DNA of 64,000 nt, taken from Eimeria praecox (taxonomy: Eukaryota). The position numbers and the translations under genes are program-made. This document shows positions 37,954-49,884 of this stretch, in pieces. The stretch's first letter is position 1. Every line of letters starts with the position of its first letter. The stretch spans positions 3,038,001 through 3,102,000 of the forward strand of contig OY986946.1 in the NCBI GenBank assembly GCA_963920595.1, in the 5' to 3' direction. The notes under the pieces were generated by a model. That model was not told where the DNA came from and searched no databases. It saw only the letters and a list, made by a program, of their open reading frames with translations.

Positions 37954-38226
37954 ACAGCAGCAGCAGCAAAAACTGCAGCAACTGCAGCGCCAGCGCGAGC
38001 TTCGCAAGCTACATCAGCGACGTCTCCAAACCCTGCTGCTGCAGCAGCAGCAGCACAAGGTCCAGCATATACAGCAGCAGCAGGAACAGCAGCAACTCTG
38101 GCAGTGTGGATATGACAGCAGCAACAGCAGCAGCAGCAGCAGCAGCAGCACGAGGAAGCTGAAGCGGCAGCAGGCGCACATACGCCTCCTTGCAGCTTCC
38201 TTTAGAGGGAATAGCAGCAGCAACAC

Positions 38227-38260
<34 letters not shown>

Positions 38261-38340
38261 TGGCATTCGTGGCACAGCAGATTGCATGCGAAGCTCCTAA
38301 GAGGCAGCCAACTGCAGCAGAAGCAACAAAGACAGCAGCA

Positions 38341-38375
<35 letters not shown>

Positions 38376-38638
38376 TTCTGCTGCAGCAAGGACCTCCTGA
38401 GGGTCCGCCCTACCGGCGGAGAGAACTGTTAGACTTGACGCGGGCTTCTGATATCAGACAGCAGCAGCAGCAGCTGCAGCTACTGCAGCAGCTGCAGCAG
38501 CTGCAGCAGCAAAAGCAGCAGCAGCAGCAGCAGCAGCTGAACCACTGGGGAGGAGGCCGTGGCGGCCTTGCTGCTGCCATCGATGCTCGTGAGGCTGCAG
38601 CAGCTGCTGCTGCAATGTCGGATATAGAAGACGCAACA

Positions 38639-38675
<37 letters not shown>

Positions 38676-39100
38676 ATGCAGCAGATATAAGGAAAACAGC
38701 AGCAGCAGCAACAGCAGCAACAGCAAATGAAAGAGCAAATCTCTCCCGGGCTTCTGCTTCTCACAACTTCGTTGCTGCTGCTGCTGCCTCTTCTGTTGCT
38801 TATCGAGAGCTTCAGCAGCAGCAGCAGCAGCGACAGCAGCGGATGCGGATGCGGCGGCAGCAAGATCGGCGCTTGCTGCTGCTGCAGCAGCAGCGAGCTG
38901 AGCAGGAGCAGCAGCCGGAGCAGCAGCAGCAGCAGCAGCAGCACTTAGCAGCTTCTTCCTGTTGCTTTTCTGCTTCATCTTCTCTATCATGCTCTCCTTC
39001 TCTCTCTGTCCTGCTGCAGCAGCAGCTGCAGCAGCAAAGACACAATCAAGGACCCTCCTCTGTCTCGCTGCTGTCGAGCCGCCGCAGGCGTCGTTCAACT

Positions 39101-39163
<63 letters not shown>

Positions 39164-39285
39164 TCGCGTCGTAAGAGTAGGAGGGGCCGCCATATGTGTA
39201 GGAGCAGCAGACGAGGAGAAGTGAAGAGGCAACAAACAAGAAGGTTAAGAGAAGATCTAGCAGCAAGGGGGCCTGTTGCTGCTGC

Positions 39286-39316
<31 letters not shown>

Positions 39317-39468
39317 TTCAGCAGCAGCAGCAGCAGCAGCAGTAATAACAGCAACAGCAGCAGCAATAGAAGCAGCAGCAGGCTCTTTGTTTGCCGTGAG
39401 GTAGTTAAGGGTCTGTGTGAAGAGGTTATGAGGAAGGTGCTGCCAGGGCTGCTGCAGCAGGCTGCTAG

Positions 39469-39500
<32 letters not shown>

Positions 39501-39745
39501 CTGCTGCTGTTGCTGCTGTCGCTTCAACACATACACCAGGAATAGGAACAGGGATACAGCCGGCTACAGCAGCAGGGGGTGCAGCAGCAACAGCAACAAC
39601 AGCAGCAACAACAGCAACTGCAGCAACTGCAGCAACTGCAGCAACAGCAGCAACAGCAGCAGCAGCAACAGCAAAGCAGCAGGAGACAACAGCTCTTGCT
39701 GCTGCACCTCTCCAGCGAAGGGGCGGTGATACCCTAGCCGAAGGG

Positions 39746-39784
<39 letters not shown>

Positions 39785-40561
39785 CAGCAGAAACAGCAGC
39801 TGGAGCAGAAGCTGGAGCAGCAGCACCTTGAGCCGCAGTACCTGCAGCAACGGCAGCAGCAGCAGCAGCAGCAGCAGCATGAGCAGCAAGAAGAGCAGCA
39901 ACAGCTCTTGGCGCTGCAGCAGCTGAAGCAGGGGGAGCTGCTGCAGGAGATGCAGCAGCAGTCTGGGGGTTGCTCTCGGCTGCTTTCTCCTGTAGTGATA
40001 TTGTCGGAGGACGACTCGCCGCAGCAGCAGCAACAGCAGCAGCAGCAACAGCAGCAGCGGCAGCACCAACGGCAGCGACAACGACAGCAGCAGAAGCAGC
40101 AGCAGAGGCAGCAGCAACGACAGCAGCAACGACACCACCTGAAGCAGAAGGAGCACCGCCAGCTGCTGCTGCAGCAGCTGCAGCAGCAGCTGCTGCAGCA
40201 AGACGAGCGGCATCAGCAGCACAGAGAAGATCAACAGCAAGAGCAGCAGCAGCAGCAGCAGCAGCAAATTGGTATTTACGAAGTTAAGAGCGAAGTTGAG
40301 GGAGGGCGCTCGTATGCTGACAACGCCCATTCTGCAGCAGCAGCAGCAACGACAGCAGCAGCAGCAGCAGCAGCAGCAGCAAAAGCAGCAGCAGCAAAAG
40401 CAGCAGCAGCAAAAGCAGCAACAACGAAGGCAGCAAGAGCAAAAGCAGCAAGAGCCAAAGCAGCAGCAGAAGCACCACCAGAGGCAGCAGCAGCAGCAAC
40501 AGCAGCAGAAGCAGCGGCAGAATCAACAGCAGCCGGAGCAGCAGCAGAAGAAGCAGCAGCA

Positions 40562-40599
<38 letters not shown>

Positions 40600-40696
40600 C
40601 ACCGATTTAAGATGCAGCAGCAGCTTCGTGACGCTAGAAACAAAACACGAAAGACAAACAACAGAAGATTGGTGGATTGAAAACTCAGGGCCCCAC

Positions 40697-40730
<34 letters not shown>

Positions 40731-41062
40731 TTGAAGGTGGTGGCGGCGATGGTGGTGGTGTTGCTGCTGCAGGTCGGAGTGGCGGTGATGCTGCTGCTGC
40801 TGCTGCTGCTGCAGCTGCTGTCCTAGAGCCTTCGGAAGACTGCATCGAGCCCTGCTCCGTATCGAAGCAGGAGCAGGAGCAGCAGCAGCAGCAACTGCAG
40901 CAGCAACAGCAGCAAGCTGCCGTTGCAGCAGGTTGCGCTGCAGTGTATATGCAGCTGCCGGGGCCCCTAAAGAAGCTGAGGGGCCCCCCAATAAAAGAAG
41001 AAGAACAACAAAGAGAAGAAGACGAGTCGCCCAACCTTCACGCTTATCAACGCAGGTAATCT

Positions 41063-41101
<39 letters not shown>

Positions 41102-41875
41102 TAGAAGCAGCATTGGGAGTAGCAGGAGATGTTAGGGTTGGAAGCCTGGGTTTTGTTTTTCTTCTGCAGCAGGCAAGATCAGGGGGGCCCCCATACTGAA
41201 CCAGCGGGTTTGGAGGGGCCCCCTAGGGGGCCCCTCCTGCGCCCAAGGCGCGTCTCCTGCTGCTACAGCCGCAACAGCAACAACAACAGCAGCAGCAGCA
41301 GCAGCAGCAGCCGCAGCAGTGCTTCATGCATCGACCCTTCAAGACCTTCTCGTCTATCTTTCGAGCAGCAAACCCGTAGGGGGCCCCCCCTCGTCTCTCA
41401 GGCAGCAGTTGACGAGGCCTTGGGGGCCCCCCAGGGCCCCCTAAGGGGACATAGGGGCCCCCCCGCTGCTGCATGCGGAGTTCGCAGCAGCAGCAGAACG
41501 GGGGCCCCCGAAGGGTTTAGGGGCCCCCCAACCGAGGCCTCTTCGAGCGGGGGCCCCCCAGCTGAGGCAGCTGAGACAGCTGAGGCAGCAGGGGGCCCCT
41601 GGGGGGCCCTTGGGGGGCTCCTTAGGGGCCCCCTAGCCCGAAGACTTGGCCAACCGCCTTTAGAGTGTAGGGGGCCCCCAAGCAGGGGGCCCCCAAGCAG
41701 GGGGCCCCCAAGAAGGGGGGCCCCCAGTAGGGGGGCCCCCAAGCAGGGGGCCCCCAGTAAGGGTACCCCCATTAGGGGGCCCCTTGATGAAATGAATAAT
41801 ATTTGTGAAGACGAAGGAAGGGAAGAAGAAGAAGAAAAGAAAGGAGAGACGAAGATAAACAAAGTAAAGAGATAG
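34004..41875 (+). CDS. Very large (~2585 aa) low-complexity, probably nuclear, hypothetical protein
   Basis: A 7-kb open frame 34004-41055, a phase-2 GT-AG intron 41056-41169, and exon 41170-41875 (TAG); total length is divisible by 3. Alternating poly-A/Q/S tracts with unique linkers and an SV40-like NLS PPKKKRKR. No globular domain recognised. Confidence 0.7.
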
Positions 41876-42053
41876 AAGCTGCTTGTTGTTTTTATTTTAT
41901 TTATTTTTATGTTTATTTGCTGCTGTTTATTTATTTATTTTATATTTTTTTTGTTTTTATTTGTTTTATTTTTGGGTTTCTTCTTTCTCCTGTTCTGCTT
42001 GTGCTGCTGCTCTGTATGCATGCATCTGCTGCTGCCGGCAACTCCCCAACAGG

Positions 42054-42087
<34 letters not shown>

Positions 42088-42391
42088 GCAGCAAAAGAAG
42101 CAGCAGCAGCAGCACAAACACAGCCACCATCACCAGCACCGCCACCTCCATCAGCAGCAGCAGCAGCAACAGCAGCAACAGCAGCACTAGGACCAGCATC
42201 ACGAGAAACAGCAGCAGCAGCACAAGCAGCAGCAACAGCATCAACACCCCCATCAACATCATCATCAGCAGCAGCACTAGCAGCAGCAGCAACACTAGCA
42301 GCAGCAGCAACACTAGCAGCAGCAGCAGCAGCACTAGCAGCAGCAGCAGGGGAGGGAAGGACTTCGCGTTGCCTTTGTGTGTACCTGTGCC

Positions 42392-42426
<35 letters not shown>

Positions 42427-42992
42427 AGACCAAACAGGCCTAAGGGGTTTATAATTAGACAGCAGCAGCAGCTGAGAGACAGCAGACATCGTAAACAACC
42501 TGCTGCAGCAGCAAACACTGCAGCAGCAAACGCTGCAGCAGCAACAGACAAATACGGTGCCGCAGCAGCAGCAGCAAAAGCCACAGCAGCAGCAGCAAAA
42601 GCCACAACAGCAGCAGCAGCAGCAGCAGCCAGCTGCTGCTATCAACGCTGTAGCGGGTGCCAAGGCTTCGAAAAGGAAGCTAAACCCTAAACTCTAAACC
42701 CTAAACCCTAAAACCTAAACCCTAGCTGCTTGCCGTAAGCATGCAGCCTCAGGGGCCGCTGCAAAGGGGTTTAGGGTTTAGGGTTTTAGAGTTATATGAT
42801 ATTATAACTCTAAAACCCCAAACCTCTCTCCCTTTGCTTAGTGTTGCTTCTCTTGTCTACTTTTTTTGTTTTCTTGTTTCTTATGATTCTTTCTATTTAT
42901 TCTCCGTATCTTTCTCTCTCTATCTTTGTCTGTCTGTCTCTGTCTATCGCTCGCTCTATCTTTGTCTGTCTGTCTCTGTCTCTGTGTCTCTG

Positions 42993-43041
<49 letters not shown>

Positions 43042-43046
43042 GTCTC

Positions 43047-43135
<89 letters not shown>

Positions 43136-43481
43136 CTCTGTCTCTGTCTATCTTTGTTTGTCTCCGTCTGTCTTTGTTTTATTTGTTTTCGTTTATCTTT
43201 CTTTTTCTATTTTTGTTATTTTTTATCTTTCTTTGTTATTCCCTTCATCTACGTTTCAAACAGCCCCCCATTGGCAGCTCACAAAACCCTAAACCCTAAA
43301 CCCTAAACCCTAAACCCTAAAACCCTGGGAGACGCAGCCGGTGCTAAGCCCAATCAGCCTTTAGAATGACAGTTTCATTAAGCCGAAAAACAAAAACTTA
43401 TTACAAAGCCCTAAACCCTAAACCCTAAACCCTAAACCCTAAACCCTAAACCCTTATTACAAACGTTTATTCGCTGCCAAG

Positions 43482-44510
43482 TTAAGGAGGAGGCTCCTGC
43501 TGCAGTTCTGCCTGCAAGCAAGCAAACCACACAATCCCACTTCCCTAAAACCCTAAACCCTAAACCCTAAACCCTAAACCCTAAACCCTAAACCCTCACC
43601 TGGTCCTCCGCACGCCTGCTGAGGTGTTGAAGAAACCGCCGCGATTTGGGAGAATTCTTCCTACAGAATTCTCTGAAGCACCTCACAGAGAATGAAGGCT
43701 TTGCTAGGGTTTGAGGGTGTACTAGGGTTTGGGGGGTTTATTAGGGTTTGAGGGTTTATTAGGGTTTGAGGGTGTATATTAGGGTTTGAGGGTGTATTAG
43801 GGTTTGGGGGGTTTATTAGGGTTTAAGGGTGTATTAGGGTTTGAGGGTGTATATTAGGGTCTGAGGGTGTACTAGGGTTTGAGGGTTTATTAGGGTTTGA
43901 GGTTGTATTAGGGTTTGAGGGTTTATTAGGGTTTGTGGGTGTACTAGGGTTTGAGGGTGTATATTAGGGTTTGTGGGTGTATTAGGGTTTGCGGGTGTAT
44001 TAGGGTTTGGGGGGTGTATTAGGGTTTGGGGAGTGTATTACGGTTTGGGGGGTTTATTAGGGTTTGGGGGGTTTATTAGGGTTTGGGGGGGTTATTGGGG
44101 TTTGCGAGGGTTTACTAGGGTTTATGAACGTTGATGAGGGTTTATTAGGATTTAGGGGGGTTATGATATTTAATGAGGGTCTACTAGGGTATTAGGGTTT
44201 GAGATTATTAGGGTTTAGGACAGCTTGCTAGGGTTTAATTAGGGTTTAGGGTTTAGGGTTAGGATTGTAAGGTTTTGTGAGGGTTTGCTAGGGTTTTGCT
44301 AGGGTTTGCGACAACGTAGAAACGGCTTAGGGTTTACACGCGGATTAGGGTTTATAAAGGCTTATATAGTCTAATTAGGGTTTAGATATTATTAGGGTCT
44401 AGGGTTTAGGGTTTATGGGGGGTTTGTGAAGTGCCTAGGGTTTACGATTAGGGTTTACAAAATTACTTACAAGAGCATAAGACAAAGAAGAAGAGACAAA
44501 GATTGCTGGT

Positions 44511-44565
<55 letters not shown>

Positions 44566-45621
44566 CTGCTGCTGGCTGGCGGGTTGCAGCAGCAGAATGT
44601 CTTTGTTCATACAAACCTGTATACAGTCATACAACCCTAAACCCTCGCATAAACCCTAAACCCTCGTAAACCCTAAACCCCAAACCCTAAACCCTAAACC
44701 CTGAAGCAACAATAAGGCGCACAGAGAATACACAGACGCAAACAAACAAACCCCCAACCCTTAAACCCTAAAACCCCAAAGAGAGAAAACAAATAAAACA
44801 AATAAATAAACAAATACAACAAGTAATAAAACACAAAAGACAATCAAATAAAACAAACAAAACAAATAAAACTAAAATAAATAAATAAAACAAACAAACA
44901 AATAAATAAATAAATAAATAAAACAAATAAATAAATAAAAACATAATACAACAAACAAAAACAACAAATAATACATAAACAATAAATTAATAATATCTTA
45001 CTTTTCTGTTTAGGGTTTGTATAGCCTCATAATATTGCTTAGGCAGAGGTAAGAAAGACAAAACCCTAAACCCTAAACCCTTGTAGCAACCCAACTCAAA
45101 AACAGCTGGAATCATCTGCATACCCATAACAACCACAAACCCTAAACCCTAAACCCTAAACTCTAGTACTCCCTAAATCCTAAGCCCTAAACCCTAGCAC
45201 TCCCGACCGTAAATAAACCCCAAGTCTTTCTGATCCCCTCAGTTTGAACCCCTGATGGGGCAACCCTAAACCCTAAACCCTAAACCCTAAACCCTAAACC
45301 CTAAACCCTATAGTGTCGCACAGCCAGCGTACATGGAACTTGCTAGGGTTTACAAGCTTGAAGGGTTTAGGGTTTAGGGTTTCTTCGGCCCCCTCGCCCT
45401 CAGCTGGTCTTCCGCAGAGGCAAACTGGGAAGGCAAAAGCAGCAATCACCAGAGATAGCTGCCTAAGAATCACACTCACACAGGATCTAGGGTTTAGGGT
45501 TTAGGGTTTAGGGTTTAGGGTTTAGGGTTTAGATCGAAGAAGAGGGTTTGTTGCTACAGTCGTGAGGGAAGAAACTACAGAATATGAAACTAACCGACTG
45601 TGCTGCTCCTCGACCGTCTGC

Positions 45622-45687
<66 letters not shown>

Positions 45688-47506
45688 GAGGGCCTGCATA
45701 TGACGTTGTAAGGACCTAAAGAAAGGGCTCGGCTATCTCCAAGGAGAATAGGAGGGAATAAACAAGCTATAAACAAATCCGCTCCCAAGGTGTTATCCAC
45801 GCTGCACACAAACCCTAAACCCTAAACCCTAAACCCTAAACCCTAAACCCTAAACCCTAGACCTCTAGAACCTAAGCAATTCTTTAGCTCTTAATACTTC
45901 AAGGCTAGCCACCATCCCGATCGCCTCGCTTCACAGGCAGCAACTCCCCAGCAGAACCCCGTAAACCCCAAACCCTAAACCCTAAACCCTAAACCCTACA
46001 AGACAGAGTTAGCCCTGGTGTGAAGAGTCAGGCGGCAGCAGCTACGAACGAAGACAGGCCCCTCAACCGCCGGCGCCACAACAGAACAGCCCGACAGATC
46101 TTCTAAGAACAAGGCCTCTACCCTGAGCACAAACCCTAAACCCTAAACCCTAAACCCTAAGCCCTAAACCCTGCATACCCCAATGCCACCTCTAGATGCA
46201 ACCAAGCATCTAAACACTATAAATAAACCCTAAACCCTAAACCCTAAACCCTAAACCCTACGGCCGAGATATGAATATGTCTGTGTTGCTGCAGGCAGAA
46301 ATCCTCACGATACGCGACTCTCCCAAAGCAGCCTGCAGCAAAAACCCTAAACCCTAAACCCTAAACCCTAAACCCTAAACCTTAAACCCTAAACCCTAGA
46401 CGTTTCTGCGAGTCTGTAGAGGCAATCCGTACTCCGTCAGCTGGCCGTTAAGAACGTTAAACACCCAACTGCCAATCCATAAACCCTAAACCCTAAACCC
46501 TAAACCCTAAACCCTAAACCCTAAACCCTAAGTAAGGGTCTTACAGAGTTGAGGCATCGCAAAGCCCCCTTGAGGTTTCGCATATGAAAACGGCCTTCGA
46601 AGGTTTGTCTCTCCTAAGCAACAACGAGCAGAAAAAGTAAGGAAGCCGCCAGCTCAAACCCTAAACCCTAAACCCTAAACCCTAAACCCTTAATACACCC
46701 TAAACCCTACAGGGAGACATCAAAACCATCTGCTGCCTCACCGTCTGTTGCTGCTTCTCGACGGCCCCGCAAGTGCCACTAACACTCCTCAGCAGGTGCT
46801 GAGCATACACCACATAGTCCTAAACCCTAAACCCTAAACCCTAAACCCTAAACCCTAAACCCTAATTATGAAGACAGAGAGAGGTCTTTTAAACGCAATC
46901 AGAAACTCCTCACAACGATCCCCCACATCGCATCTCGATAGTCGAACATCAGCAGCGCCCATCCCACCCCAACACCCCCAGCAGTAGCAGCAGCAGCAAC
47001 AGCAGCAGCAACAGCAGCAAGAGGAGAGAGGCTGCAAGGTTAGATTGCTGCTGCCCACCCTAAATGCCTTCGGGGGCAAAAGCTGAAAAGGTGAGAGAGG
47101 CGACGTCTCCCCCGTAATTGCAGCAGCAAATCCCTGTAAAGCGTCGCTGCAGCAGCAGCAGCAGCAGCAGCAGCAGATACGGACACAGCAGCAGCAGCAG
47201 CAGCAGATACGGACACAGCAGCAACAGCTAACTCCTGCAGATGCTGCTGCTGCTACTTCTTCTACTGGGAAAGGTAAGAACAGATAAACGTTAAGTCTCT
47301 GTGCAGCAGCAGCAGCAACAACAACGGCAGCAACAGCAGCAGCAGCAACAGCAGCAGCAGCAACGGCAGCAACAGCAGCAGTAGCAACAGCAGCAGCAAC
47401 GGCAGCAACAGCACCAGCAGCAAGAGCAGCAGACTGCAGCAACGAACCATTCCAGAAAAGCCTCGAGGGCCTCAACCTCGAAGACCGCAAGGCATTCGTT
47501 GACTTC

Positions 47507-47557
<51 letters not shown>

Positions 47558-48602
47558 TTGTTGTTGTTGAGAAGGGCGTTCACAACGAAGCAACAGCAGC
47601 AGCTGCGGCAAGTGCTGCAGCAGATACTGTCGGATTTTCTCGGAGTCGAGGTGCCCGCTGCTGCTGCAGCACAAACAGCAGCAGCAGCAGCAGCAAAAGC
47701 AACAGCTGTAGAAGCAGCAGCAGCAAGAAAAACAACAAGACACACCCCCACCCTCTCGTGAAGCTGAAGCAGCTGCAGCACCTGCTGCTGCAGCAGCAGC
47801 AGCAGCAGCAGATACGGACACAGCAGCAGCAGCACAAGCAGCAGCAGCAGCAGCAGTATTATACTGACTTGGTGTGTGTAGGTTTGTTTGTTAGAGATGA
47901 ATTCTGTACAAGAGGGTTATCAGTAAGGACTGGTTCTGTTGCTGCTGCTGCTGCTGCTGCAGCTGCAGCAGCAGCAGCAGCAGAAATATTTTTTCTAGGG
48001 GAGTTGAAGGCAGAAGGAGACAGCCAAGGCTCATCAGGCGAGGGGAAGTGCTGCTGCTGCTGCTGCTGCTGCTGCCGCCGTGCTGCTAGCAGCAGCAGCA
48101 GCAAGAAGAGAACCCGCACCTCCACGACTTCTTCTTGAACGCTTAAGAGCGGAGGCAAGCCATTCGTTTCTGCAGCAGCTGCTGCTGCAGTTGCTGCTGC
48201 TGCATCTGCTGCTGCTGCTGCTGCCGCTGCTGCTGCTGCTGCTGCTGCTGCCGGGTGCGGCGATGAATCCCAAGCAGCCGACGGCTGCTTAAAACGGCAT
48301 TCATCTGCTGCTGCTGCTGCTGCTGCTGCAGCTGCTGCTGCTGCCGCTGCTGCAGCAGAGGGGTAGTACAGCAACGGGAAAACATCCTGAACCATCCCTC
48401 GATCCTGCTGCTGCTGCTGCAGCTGCTGCTGCTGCAGCAGCAGCTGCTGTTGCTGCTGCTGTTTGAGGGCGTTGAGTTTTTGTTTTTTTCTTCGGGTATG
48501 AAGAAAAGCCAAAGACGCCGCCGCTCCCCAAATCGCGATTGCTTCGCTGTCTTTAATTGTAGGAGTTATCTGCTGCTTCTGCTTCAGCCTGCTGACCCCC
48601 TC

Positions 48603-48648
<46 letters not shown>

Positions 48649-48914
48649 TTGCTGCTGCTGCTGCATGCAGCAGCAGCAGCAAGGGATGAGTTGAAGCGCA
48701 GCCATTGCTTGAGCGAGACGAAGGCTGGCTGTGGCTGTGCTGCGGCAAATTGTCTTAGAGATTGTAAAAATATTAAACAATGATTAACTATCCCCTGTAC
48801 AGACACCTCAGGTGCTGGGATAGCAGACAGAAAGTCCGCCGCCTCTGTAGACAGACGTAGTGGGGGGGCCCCCATGGGGGGCCCCCCTCTCAGCTGCAAA
48901 CCCACAGAGACGGA

Positions 48915-48955
<41 letters not shown>

Positions 48956-49064
48956 GCAGCATGGCTCCAGTTAAAGAGGGAGATGCCCCATGAAGAGAAG
49001 TCTTCGAGGCAGAGGGCTGAAGCAAGAGACAACCCTGAGCTCTAGGGACTCCTGTAGGATGTGC

Positions 49065-49096
<32 letters not shown>

Positions 49097-49181
49097 TTGC
49101 TGCTGTTGCTGCTGTTGCTGCTGCTGCTGCTGGCCGGCAATCAGAAGGGGAGGAAGGTTTGCCTGTGTGCAGCGACGCCAT
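43482..49181 (-). CDS. TBCCD1: TBCC domain-containing protein 1-like (C-CAP/cofactor-C beta-helix)
   Basis: ATG at 49181. Phase-checked 3' exons (minus strand): 46778-46711, 46613-46545, 46468-46402, 46332-46262, 46122-46000, 45801-45595, 45462-45333, 45115-45002, 44616-44471, 43672-43600, 43511-43482 (TAA). The spliced peptide RIVRISACSNTDIFISRPVEALFLEDLSGCSVVAPAVEGPVFVRSCCRLTLHTRANSVFVDNTLGADLFIACLFPPILLGDSRALSLGPYN is a TBCC-type domain, followed by FKLVNPSKFHMIP and LPKQYYEAI as in TBCCD1. Junctions between 46.86 and 47.87 kb are uncertain. Confidence 0.8.
43704..44130 (+). repeat. Higher-order ~18-20 bp satellite TAGGGTTTGAGGGTGTAT derived from telomeric heptamers
   Basis: About 20 imperfect tandem copies inside the TBCCD1-like intron 43673-44470. 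Confidence 0.85.
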
Positions 49182-49884
49182 CGTAAAGAGGCCTCATCGC
49201 TGGGTTGAAGGGGCCCCCAAAGAGACAAAAGGAGAGAGAGACGCCGCAGGCTCTAAGAAGAGGTAGAATAACAGAGGCGGCGGTGGTGGGTTTGAGGTGT
49301 ATGTACCCCTCGAGCGTACAGCAAGCATGCCGATGAAGTGAAGTTATTAAACTGTAGAGACAACTCAAATTTAAAAGAATATATAAAATAAAAACAGAAA
49401 ATTACACACAAGTAAGTTAAATAATCGCAGCTTTCCCTTCTTTATTCGCTTCCTCTCTACCTTCTCGCTTGCTGCTCGGCTGCCAGCCCAGCGACGGGGC
49501 TGAGGCTCAGGCGTAGGATTTGTTTAACATTTCTTTATTATATATATACTTATTTAATTATTTAAACTAATAAAGGTATTTGTTCTCGTGTTTTAATTTT
49601 ATCTGATGAGTTTGATGGGCTTCTACCTACAAAGCCAACACCTTCTGCTGTTGCTGAGGCGTCTGTACACCTGAATGGTGTTTGCTTTTCTCGAAGATTT
49701 TAATAACGGAAATTGAAATATCTGCACATTGAAAACTATGCTTGTTTTTATATTTCTTTATCATCTAGAGACTTGTAAGACGTGAGAATTGGGGTGTATA
49801 TGCAGCTCTGTCTCTGGCTGTGTTCGTTAGGAAGAGGGAGTCTTTACAGCATGAATTTGTTTTTTCTTTTTCTTCTGTTTTCTC

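Noticed and set aside
34025..42690. Antisense and alternative-frame ORFs over and after the giant gene
   Set aside because: CAG repeats lack stops in most frames; these ORFs show no domain content.
46402..46613. PSKAVFICETSRGL...EYGLPLQTRR resembled DNA cytosine methyltransferase motifs VI/VIII
   Set aside because: The next in-phase exons give a clear TBCC beta-helix domain, and no SAM-binding or PC catalytic motif was found.
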